Origin: Candidatus Shapirobacteria bacterium
GTDB lineage: Bacteria; Patescibacteriota; Microgenomatia; PFEM01; JAPLYW01
Reading direction: 5' to 3'
NCBI GenBank assembly: GCA_026395335.1
Contig: JAPLYW010000025.1
Span: 1-38,281 of the forward strand
DNA length: 38,281 nucleotides
This document shows, piece by piece, positions 8,180 to 17,164 of the stretch. Position 1 is the first letter of the stretch; the number at the start of each line of letters is the position of its first letter. A program made the translations under genes and the position numbers. Below the pieces are notes generated by a model that saw only the letters and a list, made by a program, of their open reading frames with translations, was not told the DNA's origin and did not search any database.

Positions 8180-8782
8180 ATGGAGATTAAATATTTTGGT
8201 AATTCCTGTTTTCGACTTAAAGGTAAACAAATCGTTTTAACAATTAACCCTTTTGATCCTTCTTTGGGAATTAAAATTTCCGGTTTGACAACTGATATTG
8301 TTCTTTTTTCTGAAAAAAAAGATACCTATTTAAGTCCTTTAGTGACTAAAACTGTTTCCAGAGAAAAACTTTTTATAGTTGATGGGCCTGGAGAGTATGA
8401 AGTTGGGGGAGTTTTTATTTTAGGTATTAGCATTGGTAAAAATACTTTATACGTAGTTACTATGGATGACTTGCGTTTGATCTTTTTAAGTGATTTAAAA
8501 GAAAAATTATCTGATAAACAAATTGAAGACATTGATGGGACTGATATTCTTTTCTTGCCGGCCGGAGATGCTAAACAAGCTTTGGAAATTATTAACCAAG
8601 TTGAGCCACAAATAATTATTCCTATGGCTTATAAACTACCGGAGTTAAAATTGGATTTGCCTCCATTGGATAGTTTTTTAAAAGAAATTGGTCAGGAAGC
8701 CACAACTACTGATAAATTGATTATCTCGAAAGATAAACTGCCTTTAGAGAAAGAAGTGGTGGTTTTAAATGCCAGAAATTAA
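8180..8782 (+). CDS. Metallo-beta-lactamase-fold (UPF0173-like) protein lacking all metal ligands
   Basis: The N-terminus MEIKYFGNSCFRLKGKQIVLTINPFD resembles MBL-fold hydrolases of the UPF0173 type. The HxHxDH position reads LFSEKKDT, and the 200-aa protein contains no histidine at all. It overlaps dnaB by 14 nt. Confidence 0.5.
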   Translation: MEIKYFGNSCFRLKGKQIVLTINPFDPSLGIKISGLTTDIVLFSEKKDTYLSPLVTKTVSREKLFIVDGPGEYEVGGVFILGISIGKNTLYVVTMDDLRLIFLSDLKEKLSDKQIEDIDGTDILFLPAGDAKQALEIINQVEPQIIIPMAYKLPELKLDLPPLDSFLKEIGQEATTTDKLIISKDKLPLEKEVVVLNARN

Positions 8783-10085
8783 GATTCCTCCGCAAAACAA
8801 CGAAGCTGAAATTAGCATTTTGGGTGCTATTATGATTGATAAAGATGCGATTGTTACTGTCGCTGAATTTTTACGGCCTGAACATTTTTATAATTCCAAC
8901 AATGGTTCAATTTATGAAGCTTTTTTGGAACTTTACGAAGAACGTCAGCCGATTGATCTGATTACTCTTAGAGAAAAATTAAAATCTAAAAAATTATTGC
9001 AAAAAATTGGCGGAACTAGTTATCTGACAGAATTAGTTAATTCTGTTCCCACTGCTGCTCATATTGAACAATATGCCAAAATTGTTCAAGATAATTATAC
9101 TAAAAGAGAATTAATTTCTTCAGCAGGTAGAATTACCGATGAAGCCTTTGACGATGGGGCTCAAGCAAACGAAATTTTAGACCGAGCAGAACAATCAATC
9201 TTCAGTCTTTCCCAAAAACATCTTCGTCAGGGTTTTATTGCTGTTAAAGATGCTTTGGCTGAATCTTTTGACCGTTTGGATGAATTGCATAAACAAGTTG
9301 GAGGTTTACGGGGAATTTCTACCGGTTTTAAAGATTTGGATAGTACCTTAGCCGGAATGCAAAATTCAAACTTAATTATTTTAGCTGCCAGACCAGGTGT
9401 CGGTAAAACAGCTTTTGCTTTGAATATTATTCAGCATGTAACGGCTAAAGCCAATTTACCTGCTGGTTTTTTCTCTTTAGAAATGAGCAAGGAAGAATTA
9501 GTGGATCGTCTTTTAATATCTCAAGCCGATATTGATGCTTGGAGATTAAAAACAGGAAAATTAGATGAAGATGATTTTAGTAAACTTTCTGAAGCCATGG
9601 GAGCTTTAGCAGAAGCCCCTTTGTATATTGACGATACGCCGGCCCTTTCAATTTTGGAAATGAGGACTAAGGCCAGACGTTTAATGGCAGAATACGGTCT
9701 TCGTTTCTTAGTTGTTGATTATTTACAATTAATGAGGAGTGTTAGGGCTAGAGACAGTCGTGTTTGGGAAGTTTCAGAGATTTCTCAAGGTTTGAAAAAT
9801 TTAGCCAGAGAATTAAAAATACCGATTTTAGCTCTTTCTCAGCTAAACAGAGCTGTGGAGCAAAGAGGTAAACATCGGCCTCAGTTAGCAGACTTGCGAG
9901 AATCAGGCGCCATTGAACAGGACGCTGATGTGGTTATGTTTTTATGGCGCGAAGATGATGATGATATGGAAAATGTGGAGTTAGAAATAGCTAAGCATAG
10001 AAATGGACCATTACGCAGAATTAAATTAAGATTTCGTGGTGATCGTATTAAATTCTACGGAGTGGATAAAAGAGAAAAAGAATGA
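8769..10085 (+). CDS. dnaB: Replicative DNA helicase DnaB
   Basis: N-terminal PPQNNEAEISILGAIMID motif, Walker A ARPGVGKTAFAL, Walker B LVVDYLQLM and a RecA-like C-terminal domain. 438 aa with no intein. Confidence 0.92.
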   Translation: MPEIKIPPQNNEAEISILGAIMIDKDAIVTVAEFLRPEHFYNSNNGSIYEAFLELYEERQPIDLITLREKLKSKKLLQKIGGTSYLTELVNSVPTAAHIEQYAKIVQDNYTKRELISSAGRITDEAFDDGAQANEILDRAEQSIFSLSQKHLRQGFIAVKDALAESFDRLDELHKQVGGLRGISTGFKDLDSTLAGMQNSNLIILAARPGVGKTAFALNIIQHVTAKANLPAGFFSLEMSKEELVDRLLISQADIDAWRLKTGKLDEDDFSKLSEAMGALAEAPLYIDDTPALSILEMRTKARRLMAEYGLRFLVVDYLQLMRSVRARDSRVWEVSEISQGLKNLARELKIPILALSQLNRAVEQRGKHRPQLADLRESGAIEQDADVVMFLWREDDDDMENVELEIAKHRNGPLRRIKLRFRGDRIKFYGVDKREKE

Positions 10086-10095
10086 AATTTATTAG

Positions 10096-10179
10096 TGCCG
10101 AAGGAGGGAGTCGAACCCACATGATCTTTTGGATCACAAGTTTTTGAGACTTGCGCGTCTGCCATTCCGCCACTTCGGC
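10096..10179 (-). tRNA. tRNA-Leu (anticodon CAA), type II with long variable arm
   Basis: Reverse complement: GCCGAAG-UG-GCG-GAAUGGCAGA-CGC-G-CAAGU-CUCAAAA-ACUUG-UGAUCCAAAAGAUCAU-GUGGG-UUCGACU-CCCUC-CUUCGGC-A. It has a 7-bp acceptor stem, 3-bp D stem, 5-bp anticodon stem and 5-bp variable stem. The T stem has one U-U mismatch. CCA is not encoded. Confidence 0.85.
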
Positions 10180-10215
10180 TTTTTAATAAAACAATCAATT
10201 TTATCATTTCTCCTC

Positions 10216-10244
10216 TTGAGACTCAACTTAATTTATTCTAAAAT
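10216..10244 (+). promoter_or_regulatory. Candidate promoter of efp (TTGAGA-17-TAAAAT)
   Basis: TTGAGA 10216-10221, 17-nt spacer, TAAAAT 10239-10244, then 8 nt (TAGCATCT) to ATG 10253. No SD. Confidence 0.45.
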
Positions 10245-10252
10245 TAGCATCT

Positions 10253-10816
10253 ATGATTCCTGTAAATGAAATGAAATCCGGTCGAAACTTTCAAGAGAAT
10301 GGTGTGCCTTATCAGGTCATTGATTATAAACATACGAAAATGGGGCGTGGTTCAGCCAGTATTCGTTTGAAAGTCAAAAATTTAAAAACCGGAGCTATGA
10401 CGGAAAAAACTTTTATTTCCGGGGCGAAGATTGAGCCTATTCAAACAGAAACAAAGATGGTCCAATATTTATATTATGATGATGATTATTTTTATTTTAT
10501 GGAGCCACGGACTTTTGAACAAATTAATATTATTAAGGGTGTTTTGGGAGATAAAAGCCGTTTTTTAAAAGAAGGCGAGGAAATTAAAATTGTTTTTTGG
10601 AACGAAGAGGCTTTAGGAGTAGATTTGCCCCTTTCTTTAGTTTTTAAAATAGAAGAGACAGCTCCGGGAGTTAAAGGTAACTCTGTGAATGCTTCTTTTA
10701 AACCAGCGGTTTTAGATAACGGTTTAGCGGTTAAAGTTCCCTTATTTATTAATGTCGGTGATAAAATTAAAGTTGATACTAGAAGTGGGAATTATATAGA
10801 AAGAGTTTCTGACTAA
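10253..10816 (+). CDS. efp: Translation elongation factor P
   Basis: 187 aa that aligns colinearly by eye with B. subtilis EF-P (MI.VN....G......G.......H.K.G.G.A..R.K..NL.TG). The loop-tip residue 32 is Arg (KMGRGSA). Confidence 0.9.
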   Translation: MIPVNEMKSGRNFQENGVPYQVIDYKHTKMGRGSASIRLKVKNLKTGAMTEKTFISGAKIEPIQTETKMVQYLYYDDDYFYFMEPRTFEQINIIKGVLGDKSRFLKEGEEIKIVFWNEEALGVDLPLSLVFKIEETAPGVKGNSVNASFKPAVLDNGLAVKVPLFINVGDKIKVDTRSGNYIERVSD

Positions 10817-10819
10817 ACT

Positions 10820-11263
10820 TCAATAAAAAAGCGTAAAGACGATAATTAAAACCACGATTTGATAAATTAAACCCCAAGGCAATTTAGCCCGCTGATGTAA
10901 AGTATTATGGAATTTTTCTAAAACGTTGATCGGAAAAGGTCTTTTGCCAAAAAAAAGAGCCGGAAATTCCAATAAATCAGGTAAAATTCCCAAAAAAACC
11001 GCTACCCATAAAAGAGGGGAGAACGGTTTGCCTTTTTGAAAAAAGATAAAAACTAAACTAAAACCAACAATTACGTCAACCAGTGTTTCTAAAACCGCTT
11101 TTTTTTTGCTTTTGTGGCCGTTGGTTAAGCCGGTACCAGTATCCCAATGGGGGACAATATCTAAAAGATAATGACTAGCTAAGACTAGGGGGAGGCTTAA
11201 TTGAGGAGGAAAGATACGGCTGACAATTAACGCTGAAATTAAGGAATGGCTAGTTGATAACAT
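10820..11263 (-). CDS. Small integral membrane protein, possibly a YdjM/DUF457-like membrane-bound hydrolase
   Basis: Four to five hydrophobic helices with His-containing motifs (STSHSLISALIV, SHYLLDIVPHWD). The family call is tentative. Confidence 0.35.
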   Translation of the reverse strand: MLSTSHSLISALIVSRIFPPQLSLPLVLASHYLLDIVPHWDTGTGLTNGHKSKKKAVLETLVDVIVGFSLVFIFFQKGKPFSPLLWVAVFLGILPDLLEFPALFFGKRPFPINVLEKFHNTLHQRAKLPWGLIYQIVVLIIVFTLFY

Positions 11264-11277
11264 ATCTAAGTGTAATC

Positions 11278-11307
11278 ATTATAAAATGTTATAATTATGA
11301 GTGTCAA
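11278..11307 (-). promoter_or_regulatory. Candidate promoter of the 11263 membrane-protein gene (TTGACA-18-TATAAT)
   Basis: On the minus strand: consensus TTGACA (11307-11302), 18-nt spacer, consensus TATAAT (11283-11278), then 14 nt to ATG 11263. The -35 lies inside the first copy of the 28-bp direct repeat. Confidence 0.5.
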
Positions 11308-11351
11308 TGAATAATTATTATTCTAATTATGAGTGTCAATGAATAATTATT
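11292..11351. repeat. Two direct copies of a 28-bp sequence, period 32 bp
   Basis: TAATTATGAGTGTCAATGAATAATTATT occurs at 11292-11319 and 11324-11351, and its first 8 nt recur at 11357-11364 around the lgt start codon. Each copy contains the mini-ORF ATGAGTGTCAATGAATAA (MSVNE*). Confidence 0.9.
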
Positions 11352-11361
11352 CTTTTTAATT

Positions 11362-12156
11362 ATGTTACCAATAATTTTTAATATCGGTTCAGTGACTTTT
11401 TATACTTACGGGTTTTTATTAGCTGTGGGTATATTTCTAGAAAGTTTTATTATTTGGAGGCGTTTGCGCGATGCAGGTTTAAAAGAAGAAAAGATTATTG
11501 ATTTTATTATTTTAGCTTTACTTTTAGGGTTAATTTTCTCACGTCTTATTTTTATTATTCAAAATTTTTCTTACTTTGGCTGGCATTTAACCCGTTGGGT
11601 TTTGTTTGCTCGCTACCCAGGTCTTTCTACACTAGGTTGGTGGTTTGGGATGCTTTTAGCTCTTTGGCGTTTTGTGAAGACGGAAAAATGGAATTTTTGG
11701 CGAATGGCGGATGAGATTACTTTTGGTCTTTTCCCTTTCTTAATTCTTTTACAATTGGGGAGCTTTTTGGATGGTTCCGGTTTCGGCCGTTCAACTAATA
11801 TGCCTTGGGGAATTTATTTCCCAGGTATTCTTTTAAAACGTCATCCTTTATCTTTATTTTCAGCTTTTTTCCTTTTTATTATCTGGTTTTTCTTAATAAA
11901 AATAGAGAGGCATTGGCGAATTTGGGAATGGTATAAAAGTAAGGAGAACGGTTTTATCCTTTTGACAGCTTCAGGTTTAATCTTTTTAACTAACCTTCCG
12001 CTTGCATTTATCAGAGAGGCTAGGGTATACTTATATTGGGGTCAGATAGCTTTAAACTTTATCGCCCTCATTTTTGTTTTTTCCCTTTTTTATTTCCGCT
12101 CCGGGCGGACATTGAAAAAAAATTATGACAAACAAAAAGAAACAAAAAACAATTAA
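11362..12156 (+). CDS. lgt: Prolipoprotein diacylglyceryl transferase
   Basis: N-terminus IGSVTFYTYGFLLAVGIF, multi-pass membrane topology, and the G..GR..N..WG motif region (GSGFGRSTNMPWGIYFP) typical of Lgt. Confidence 0.85.
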   Translation: MLPIIFNIGSVTFYTYGFLLAVGIFLESFIIWRRLRDAGLKEEKIIDFIILALLLGLIFSRLIFIIQNFSYFGWHLTRWVLFARYPGLSTLGWWFGMLLALWRFVKTEKWNFWRMADEITFGLFPFLILLQLGSFLDGSGFGRSTNMPWGIYFPGILLKRHPLSLFSAFFLFIIWFFLIKIERHWRIWEWYKSKENGFILLTASGLIFLTNLPLAFIREARVYLYWGQIALNFIALIFVFSLFYFRSGRTLKKNYDKQKETKNN

Positions 12157-12517
12157 AAACGGTTTTCCTTTAAAGATTTTAAAACCGATATCTGATTTTC
12201 TTTCTCGGGAAATGGCTCGTTTAGAAAACAAAAAGAAAGCTATTGCTAAAGAAGATCCTTTTTTGGATACTCGTCGAATTTCCGATAATGCTTCTCCGGA
12301 TACTGATGTTGTTGAACAAATCGGGCATGAGAGGGTTAAAGCTCTAGAAAATCAAGTTAATCGTAAATTAATCCAAATAAAGAAAGCTTTAGCTAGAATT
12401 AAAATTGGTAAATACGGAATTTGTGAAAAATGCGGAAAGATGATTGATACCGACCGTTTAATGGTTTTACCGGAAACAATAGTTTGTGTCAATTGCGAGA
12501 AGAAAAAAGAGCATTAA
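12125..12517 (+). CDS. DksA/TraR-family C4 zinc-finger protein
   Basis: C-terminal CEKCGKMIDTDRLMVLPETIVCVNCEKK (CxxC-17-CxxC) preceded by a coiled-coil region. The 5' end overlaps lgt by 32 nt, so the start is uncertain. Confidence 0.7.
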   Translation: MTNKKKQKTIKNGFPLKILKPISDFLSREMARLENKKKAIAKEDPFLDTRRISDNASPDTDVVEQIGHERVKALENQVNRKLIQIKKALARIKIGKYGICEKCGKMIDTDRLMVLPETIVCVNCEKKKEH

Positions 12518-12546
12518 TAAATTTTTTTTATTCTTTCTGACTAGAG

Positions 12547-12571
12547 ACCTCTGTAAAACGGAGGTTTTTTT
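12547..12571 (+). terminator. Rho-independent terminator after the DksA-like gene
   Basis: ACCTCTG-TAAAA-CGGAGGT forms a 7-bp stem with one G-U, followed by TTTTTTT. Confidence 0.65.
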
Positions 12572-12589
12572 GTTAAAATTAAAGAAACA

Positions 12590-13324
12590 ATGAATCCTAA
12601 AATAATTTTTGAAGATGAATATTTTTTAATAATTGATAAACCAGCAGGAATGACTGTTAATCGGGCGGAAACAACCAAGGGTCAGGAAACTGTTCAGGAT
12701 TGGGTCGAGAAAGAAGTTTTTAACTCTTTAGATTTAAGTAAAATTGATCAAGAATCGGATTTTATAAAAAGATCAGGAACAGTCCATCGTTTAGATAAAG
12801 AAACTAGCGGTTTGCTGATTATTGCTAAAACTCCCAAAGCTTTTGAAGAACTTCAAAGACAATTTAAAGAAAGACAAATTAAGAAAAAATATTTAGCTTT
12901 AGTTCATGGTCAAGTTATTCCAGAAGAGGGGATGATTGAAGCGACAATTGCGCGTAACCCTTTTAATCGAGAAAAGTTTGGTATTTTTTTAGGGGGAAGG
13001 GAAGCAAAAACAAAATATAAAAGGATTAATAAAGGAGAATTAATAAAAGAGAAAGAAAAATTTAGTTTACTTGAACTTTATCCGGAAACTGGCAGGACCC
13101 ATCAAATTAGAGTTCATCTTAAATTTATTAATCATCCTATTGTATCTGACGAAAAGTATGCCGGTCGAAAAACTGTTAGAAAAGATCGCCAATGGTGCCC
13201 TCGTTTGTTTCTTCATGCGGCTGGTTTATCTTTTGAGCATCCTTTAAAAGAACAAAAAGTTGAGTTATCTTTAAAATTGCCTTCTGATTTGGAACTTGCT
13301 ATGATGAAACTAATATCAAAATGA
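12590..13324 (+). CDS. RluA-family 23S rRNA/tRNA pseudouridine synthase
   Basis: Catalytic motif HRLDKETSGLLIIAK plus GRTHQIRVHL. No N-terminal S4 domain. Confidence 0.85.
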   Translation: MNPKIIFEDEYFLIIDKPAGMTVNRAETTKGQETVQDWVEKEVFNSLDLSKIDQESDFIKRSGTVHRLDKETSGLLIIAKTPKAFEELQRQFKERQIKKKYLALVHGQVIPEEGMIEATIARNPFNREKFGIFLGGREAKTKYKRINKGELIKEKEKFSLLELYPETGRTHQIRVHLKFINHPIVSDEKYAGRKTVRKDRQWCPRLFLHAAGLSFEHPLKEQKVELSLKLPSDLELAMMKLISK

Positions 13325-15033
13325 ACCAAGAATTTTTTTTAGTGGTTTGGCTAGGTTTAATTTTAACGATTGCTTTTTTGGGCGGTTTTTTAGCTAAAAA
13401 AGCCAAACAACCAACTGTAGTCGGTTATTTATTAGCCGGTTTTTTAATTAGTTTAGTAACTTCAAAGTTTATTCAAGCTAAAGATTTAATTTCTTTTCTT
13501 TCAGAAATCGGAATAGCCTTATTAATGTTTACTCTAGGGTTAGAACTTTCTTTAGATTATTTAAAAAAAGTTAAAACTATAGCTGTTTGGGGTGGTTTAA
13601 TCCAAATCCTTTTAGTTATTATTGCTGCTATTTTTATTTTTCCCCGGTTTGGTTTTGATTTTGCCGCTTCTTTATTTATGGGTTGCGCTTTTGCCATGTC
13701 TTCAACTGCGATTGTTGTTAAAATTTTAACGGAAAAGGGGGAAATTGACACTTTACCCGGAGAAATTATGTTGGGTTGGCTTTTAGTTCAAGATTTAGCA
13801 GTTTTACCAATGATGGTAATTTTACCAGTAATGTTGGGTGCTAATATTTCTTTTTGGTCTTTTTCTTTGGATTTATTAAAAAGTGTAGCCATGATTTTTG
13901 GTGTTCTTTTTATTGGCCGTAAGTTAGCTCCGAAATTTATTAGTTGGGTTGCCGATTTTGGTTCACGCGAATTACTTTTATTAGCAGTAGTAGCTTTATG
14001 TTTATTAATGGCTGTTTTGACTTCAGCTTTAGGTTTATCACTCGCACTAGGAGCTTTTTTAGCTGGTTTAGTAATTTCTAAAACTTCAGAAAATCATGCA
14101 ATCTTTTCTGAGATAAGACCATTGCGCGATCTTTTTTCTATTATCTTTTTTGTTTCTTTAGGGATGTTTCTCAATCCTTATTTTTTAATTAGCCATTTTT
14201 GGTTAGTTCTGTCTGTAAGTCTAATTGTTTTGGTCTTTAAATTTATAGTCGTGACGATTTTAACTTTATATCTTGGCTATCATGCTAAAACCGCTATTCT
14301 GGTGGGTTTAGGTTTAATTCAAGCAGGGGAATTCGCTTTTATTTTGGCGCGTTTCGGTTTAAATGGCAGTTTGATTAATGAAGAAACTTATTCATTAATT
14401 TTGTCGGTTGCCTTAATAACTATTTTAGTTACTCCTTGGGCAATGAATGCGGCTCCAAAATTTTATTTTCTTCTACAAAGAACAACTAAAAAATGGCCAC
14501 ATTTGAACCAATATTTATTTGCTAAAAAAGAGCATTTACCAGAAAAAGAAGGTCTAGATTTAACAGAACACGTAGTTATTTGTGGACATGGTCGGGTTGG
14601 CAGTTGGTTAGCTAGAGCTTTGGAACTTTTAGAAATTCCTTATGTAGTTATTGATTATAATCATCAAATAATTACCGAGCTGAAGAGCAAAGGAGTTCAG
14701 GCTCTTTATGGTGATCCGGCTGATATTGATGTTCTGGATTATGCTCAAGTTGACAGAGCTAAAGTCGTGGTAGTAGCAATTCCTGATCAGGCAACCCAGG
14801 AAATTGTGGTGACTAATTGCCAAAATTTAAATCCTAATATAAAAATTATTTCTCGTATTCACCAAAAAGAAGCTTTTTCGCGAATGAAAACTTTAGGCGT
14901 TATTAGCCTGATCCAACCGGAATTTGAAGGAGCTTTGTCGATTATCCATCGTGTTCTACAAATCTTTGGCGTTGATAAAGAGGAAATCGCCGGCAAGATT
15001 AAACGTCTCAAAATCGAACACGGAACGATTTAA
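13321..15033 (+). CDS. CPA2-family cation:proton antiporter (Kef/YbaL type) with C-terminal RCK/TrkA-N domain
   Basis: About 12 TM helices of the Na+/H+ exchanger type, followed by a Rossmann motif VVICGHGRVGSWLA. The start is an ATGA overlap with the upstream gene. Confidence 0.85.
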   Translation: MNQEFFLVVWLGLILTIAFLGGFLAKKAKQPTVVGYLLAGFLISLVTSKFIQAKDLISFLSEIGIALLMFTLGLELSLDYLKKVKTIAVWGGLIQILLVIIAAIFIFPRFGFDFAASLFMGCAFAMSSTAIVVKILTEKGEIDTLPGEIMLGWLLVQDLAVLPMMVILPVMLGANISFWSFSLDLLKSVAMIFGVLFIGRKLAPKFISWVADFGSRELLLLAVVALCLLMAVLTSALGLSLALGAFLAGLVISKTSENHAIFSEIRPLRDLFSIIFFVSLGMFLNPYFLISHFWLVLSVSLIVLVFKFIVVTILTLYLGYHAKTAILVGLGLIQAGEFAFILARFGLNGSLINEETYSLILSVALITILVTPWAMNAAPKFYFLLQRTTKKWPHLNQYLFAKKEHLPEKEGLDLTEHVVICGHGRVGSWLARALELLEIPYVVIDYNHQIITELKSKGVQALYGDPADIDVLDYAQVDRAKVVVVAIPDQATQEIVVTNCQNLNPNIKIISRIHQKEAFSRMKTLGVISLIQPEFEGALSIIHRVLQIFGVDKEEIAGKIKRLKIEHGTI

Positions 15034-15068
15034 TTAGGATCTATTTTTTTATTCCCAATTTTAAATTT

Positions 15069-16232
15069 ATGAAAAACAATTTTTTTAGTCTTTTAAAGAA
15101 AGATATAAAAACAAGAGCCAGGATAGGTAAAATAAAAACTCCTAATGGAGAAATTTTAACACCGACTTTTGTACCGGTAGGCAGTCAAGCTACCGTAAAA
15201 AGCCTAACCCCACAGGATTTAAGAGAAATTGGTGTTCAGGTTTTTTTCGCTAATACTTATCATTTATATTTGAGACCAGGAGTAGAAGTTATAGAAAAAT
15301 TAGGAGGATTACATAAATTTATGAATTGGGATAGGCCTTTAATGACTGATAGTGGTGGTTTTCAGGTATTTTCTTTAGGAAGAAAAAATCGATCCTCAAC
15401 GCTTAGTCCGTGTGCCAATTCATTAGTTAAGATAGATTATAATGGTGTGACTTTTTATTCCCACCTTGATGGTTCAAAACATTATTTTACACCAGAAAAA
15501 TCAATTGAAATTCAACAAAAATTAGGAGCCGATATAATGATTGCTTTTGATGAATGTGCTCCTTACCCAACTACTTATAATTATGCCAAAACTGCCATGG
15601 AAAGGACCCACCGTTGGGCTTTAAGAAGTTTAGAGGCGGTGGTAGTAGGAAGAAGACAAAAACAATTTCTTTTCGGTGTGATCCAAGGCAGTACGTTTAG
15701 AGATTTGCGTCAAGAATCGGCCAAATTTATTAGTTCATTGGCTTTTGATGGTTTAGCTATTGGTGGAGTGGCGGTGGGGGAATCAAAAAAAGAGATGGCT
15801 CAAATTTTAGATTGGATAATGCCTATTTTACAAAAAGAAAAAGAAGTTTGTCCAATACATTTGTTAGGTGTTGGTGAAATTGACGATATTTTTACAGCAG
15901 TGGAGAGGGGAATTGACACAATGGATTGTGTAATGCCCACACGTTTGGCTCGTGTGGGTCACATTTTGGCTAAAAGAAAAAACTTTACTTATGATATTAA
16001 TAAATCTATTTTTGCTAATGATCCTAGCCCGATTGATAAAAATTGCCCTTGTTATGTTTGCCATAATTTTTCTAAAGCTTATCTTCATCATCTTTTCCGA
16101 GCCAATGAGCTTTTAGCTTATCGTTTAGCAAGTTACCATAATCTCTTTTTTATAGAAGATCTTTTTGTTAAGATAAGAGAAGCAATTCGGAAAGATGAGT
16201 TTTTATCTTTGAAAAAACAATGGCTAAAATAG
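15069..16232 (+). CDS. tgt: Queuine tRNA-ribosyltransferase
   Basis: TPTFVPVGSQATVK, DSGGFQVFSL, and the Zn site CPCYVCHNFSKAYLHHL. Confidence 0.9.
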   Translation: MKNNFFSLLKKDIKTRARIGKIKTPNGEILTPTFVPVGSQATVKSLTPQDLREIGVQVFFANTYHLYLRPGVEVIEKLGGLHKFMNWDRPLMTDSGGFQVFSLGRKNRSSTLSPCANSLVKIDYNGVTFYSHLDGSKHYFTPEKSIEIQQKLGADIMIAFDECAPYPTTYNYAKTAMERTHRWALRSLEAVVVGRRQKQFLFGVIQGSTFRDLRQESAKFISSLAFDGLAIGGVAVGESKKEMAQILDWIMPILQKEKEVCPIHLLGVGEIDDIFTAVERGIDTMDCVMPTRLARVGHILAKRKNFTYDINKSIFANDPSPIDKNCPCYVCHNFSKAYLHHLFRANELLAYRLASYHNLFFIEDLFVKIREAIRKDEFLSLKKQWLK

Positions 16233-17164
16233 TAAAAAAAAAGAAAAAAAGACCTTGGTTAATTTTGATATTAATTTTGATTTTTTTGGGTTTTTTAATT
16301 TTTTCTATTTTAAAAATTTACCATTCTTGTAATAACAGTCTCTGGGATGGGGAACACCAATTTAATATTATTGTTAACTCACAACCGGCATCTTTAATAT
16401 CTTTTAACTCTTCTGAAGAAACTATTAGTGTTTTATTAGTCCCTAATGGAACTTTTATTGAAACAACCCATGGTTATGGTCCCTATCGAATTGAATCAAT
16501 TTATAGATTAGGAGAATTAAAAGGAAACGGGGTTGAACTTTTAACTAGCAGTTTACAAAATTACTTTGGTTTACCGGTCGACGGTTTTCTTCAAGGTAAT
16601 ATTTATCAGATAAAATCTTCCGGGATTAAAAATTCACTTTTGAATCAATTTTTTGAGGCGCTTCGTCATGATAAAAAAACAAATTTAAGCCGTTGGGATT
16701 TATTAAGGCTTTGGTGGCAAATTAAAAAAACTCGTGAAGATAAGATTAATTTAATTGATTTGTCCCAGACTAGCGCTAGTCAAGAAGTTGATTTACCGGA
16801 TGGCAGTAAGGCGATGAAGATAGAAACGGAAAGATTAGTAAGAATTTTTAATCAATTTTTTATTGATGGAGAAATTAGACAAGAAGGCTTAACCATTGGG
16901 GTTTTAAATAAAACCGATAAAGCGGGTTTAGCAAATAGCGCCGCTAAAATTATTACTAACATTGGTGGACGGGTAATTAATATTGGTATCCAAAATGATG
17001 TTTCGAAAGAGAAAAACAATTGTGGGCTGAAAAGCAGTAAAAAATATAAAAATTCTTACACGGTTCATAGATTGAACAAAATTTTTCATTGTTATTGGCA
17101 AGGAGAATTAGAGGATGATAATCAAAGGTCTGATATCGTTATTTTATTAGGTGAAGATTATTAG
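16220..17164 (+). CDS. LCP (LytR/CpsA/Psr)-like protein with LytR_C-like C-terminal domain
   Basis: N-terminal TM anchor, a degenerate LCP core (ISVLLVPNGTFIE...YFGLPVDGFL) and a C-terminal LTIGVLNKTDKAGLANSAAKIITNIGGRV segment. The family call is moderate. Confidence 0.5.
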   Translation: MAKIVKKKKKRPWLILILILIFLGFLIFSILKIYHSCNNSLWDGEHQFNIIVNSQPASLISFNSSEETISVLLVPNGTFIETTHGYGPYRIESIYRLGELKGNGVELLTSSLQNYFGLPVDGFLQGNIYQIKSSGIKNSLLNQFFEALRHDKKTNLSRWDLLRLWWQIKKTREDKINLIDLSQTSASQEVDLPDGSKAMKIETERLVRIFNQFFIDGEIRQEGLTIGVLNKTDKAGLANSAAKIITNIGGRVINIGIQNDVSKEKNNCGLKSSKKYKNSYTVHRLNKIFHCYWQGELEDDNQRSDIVILLGEDY

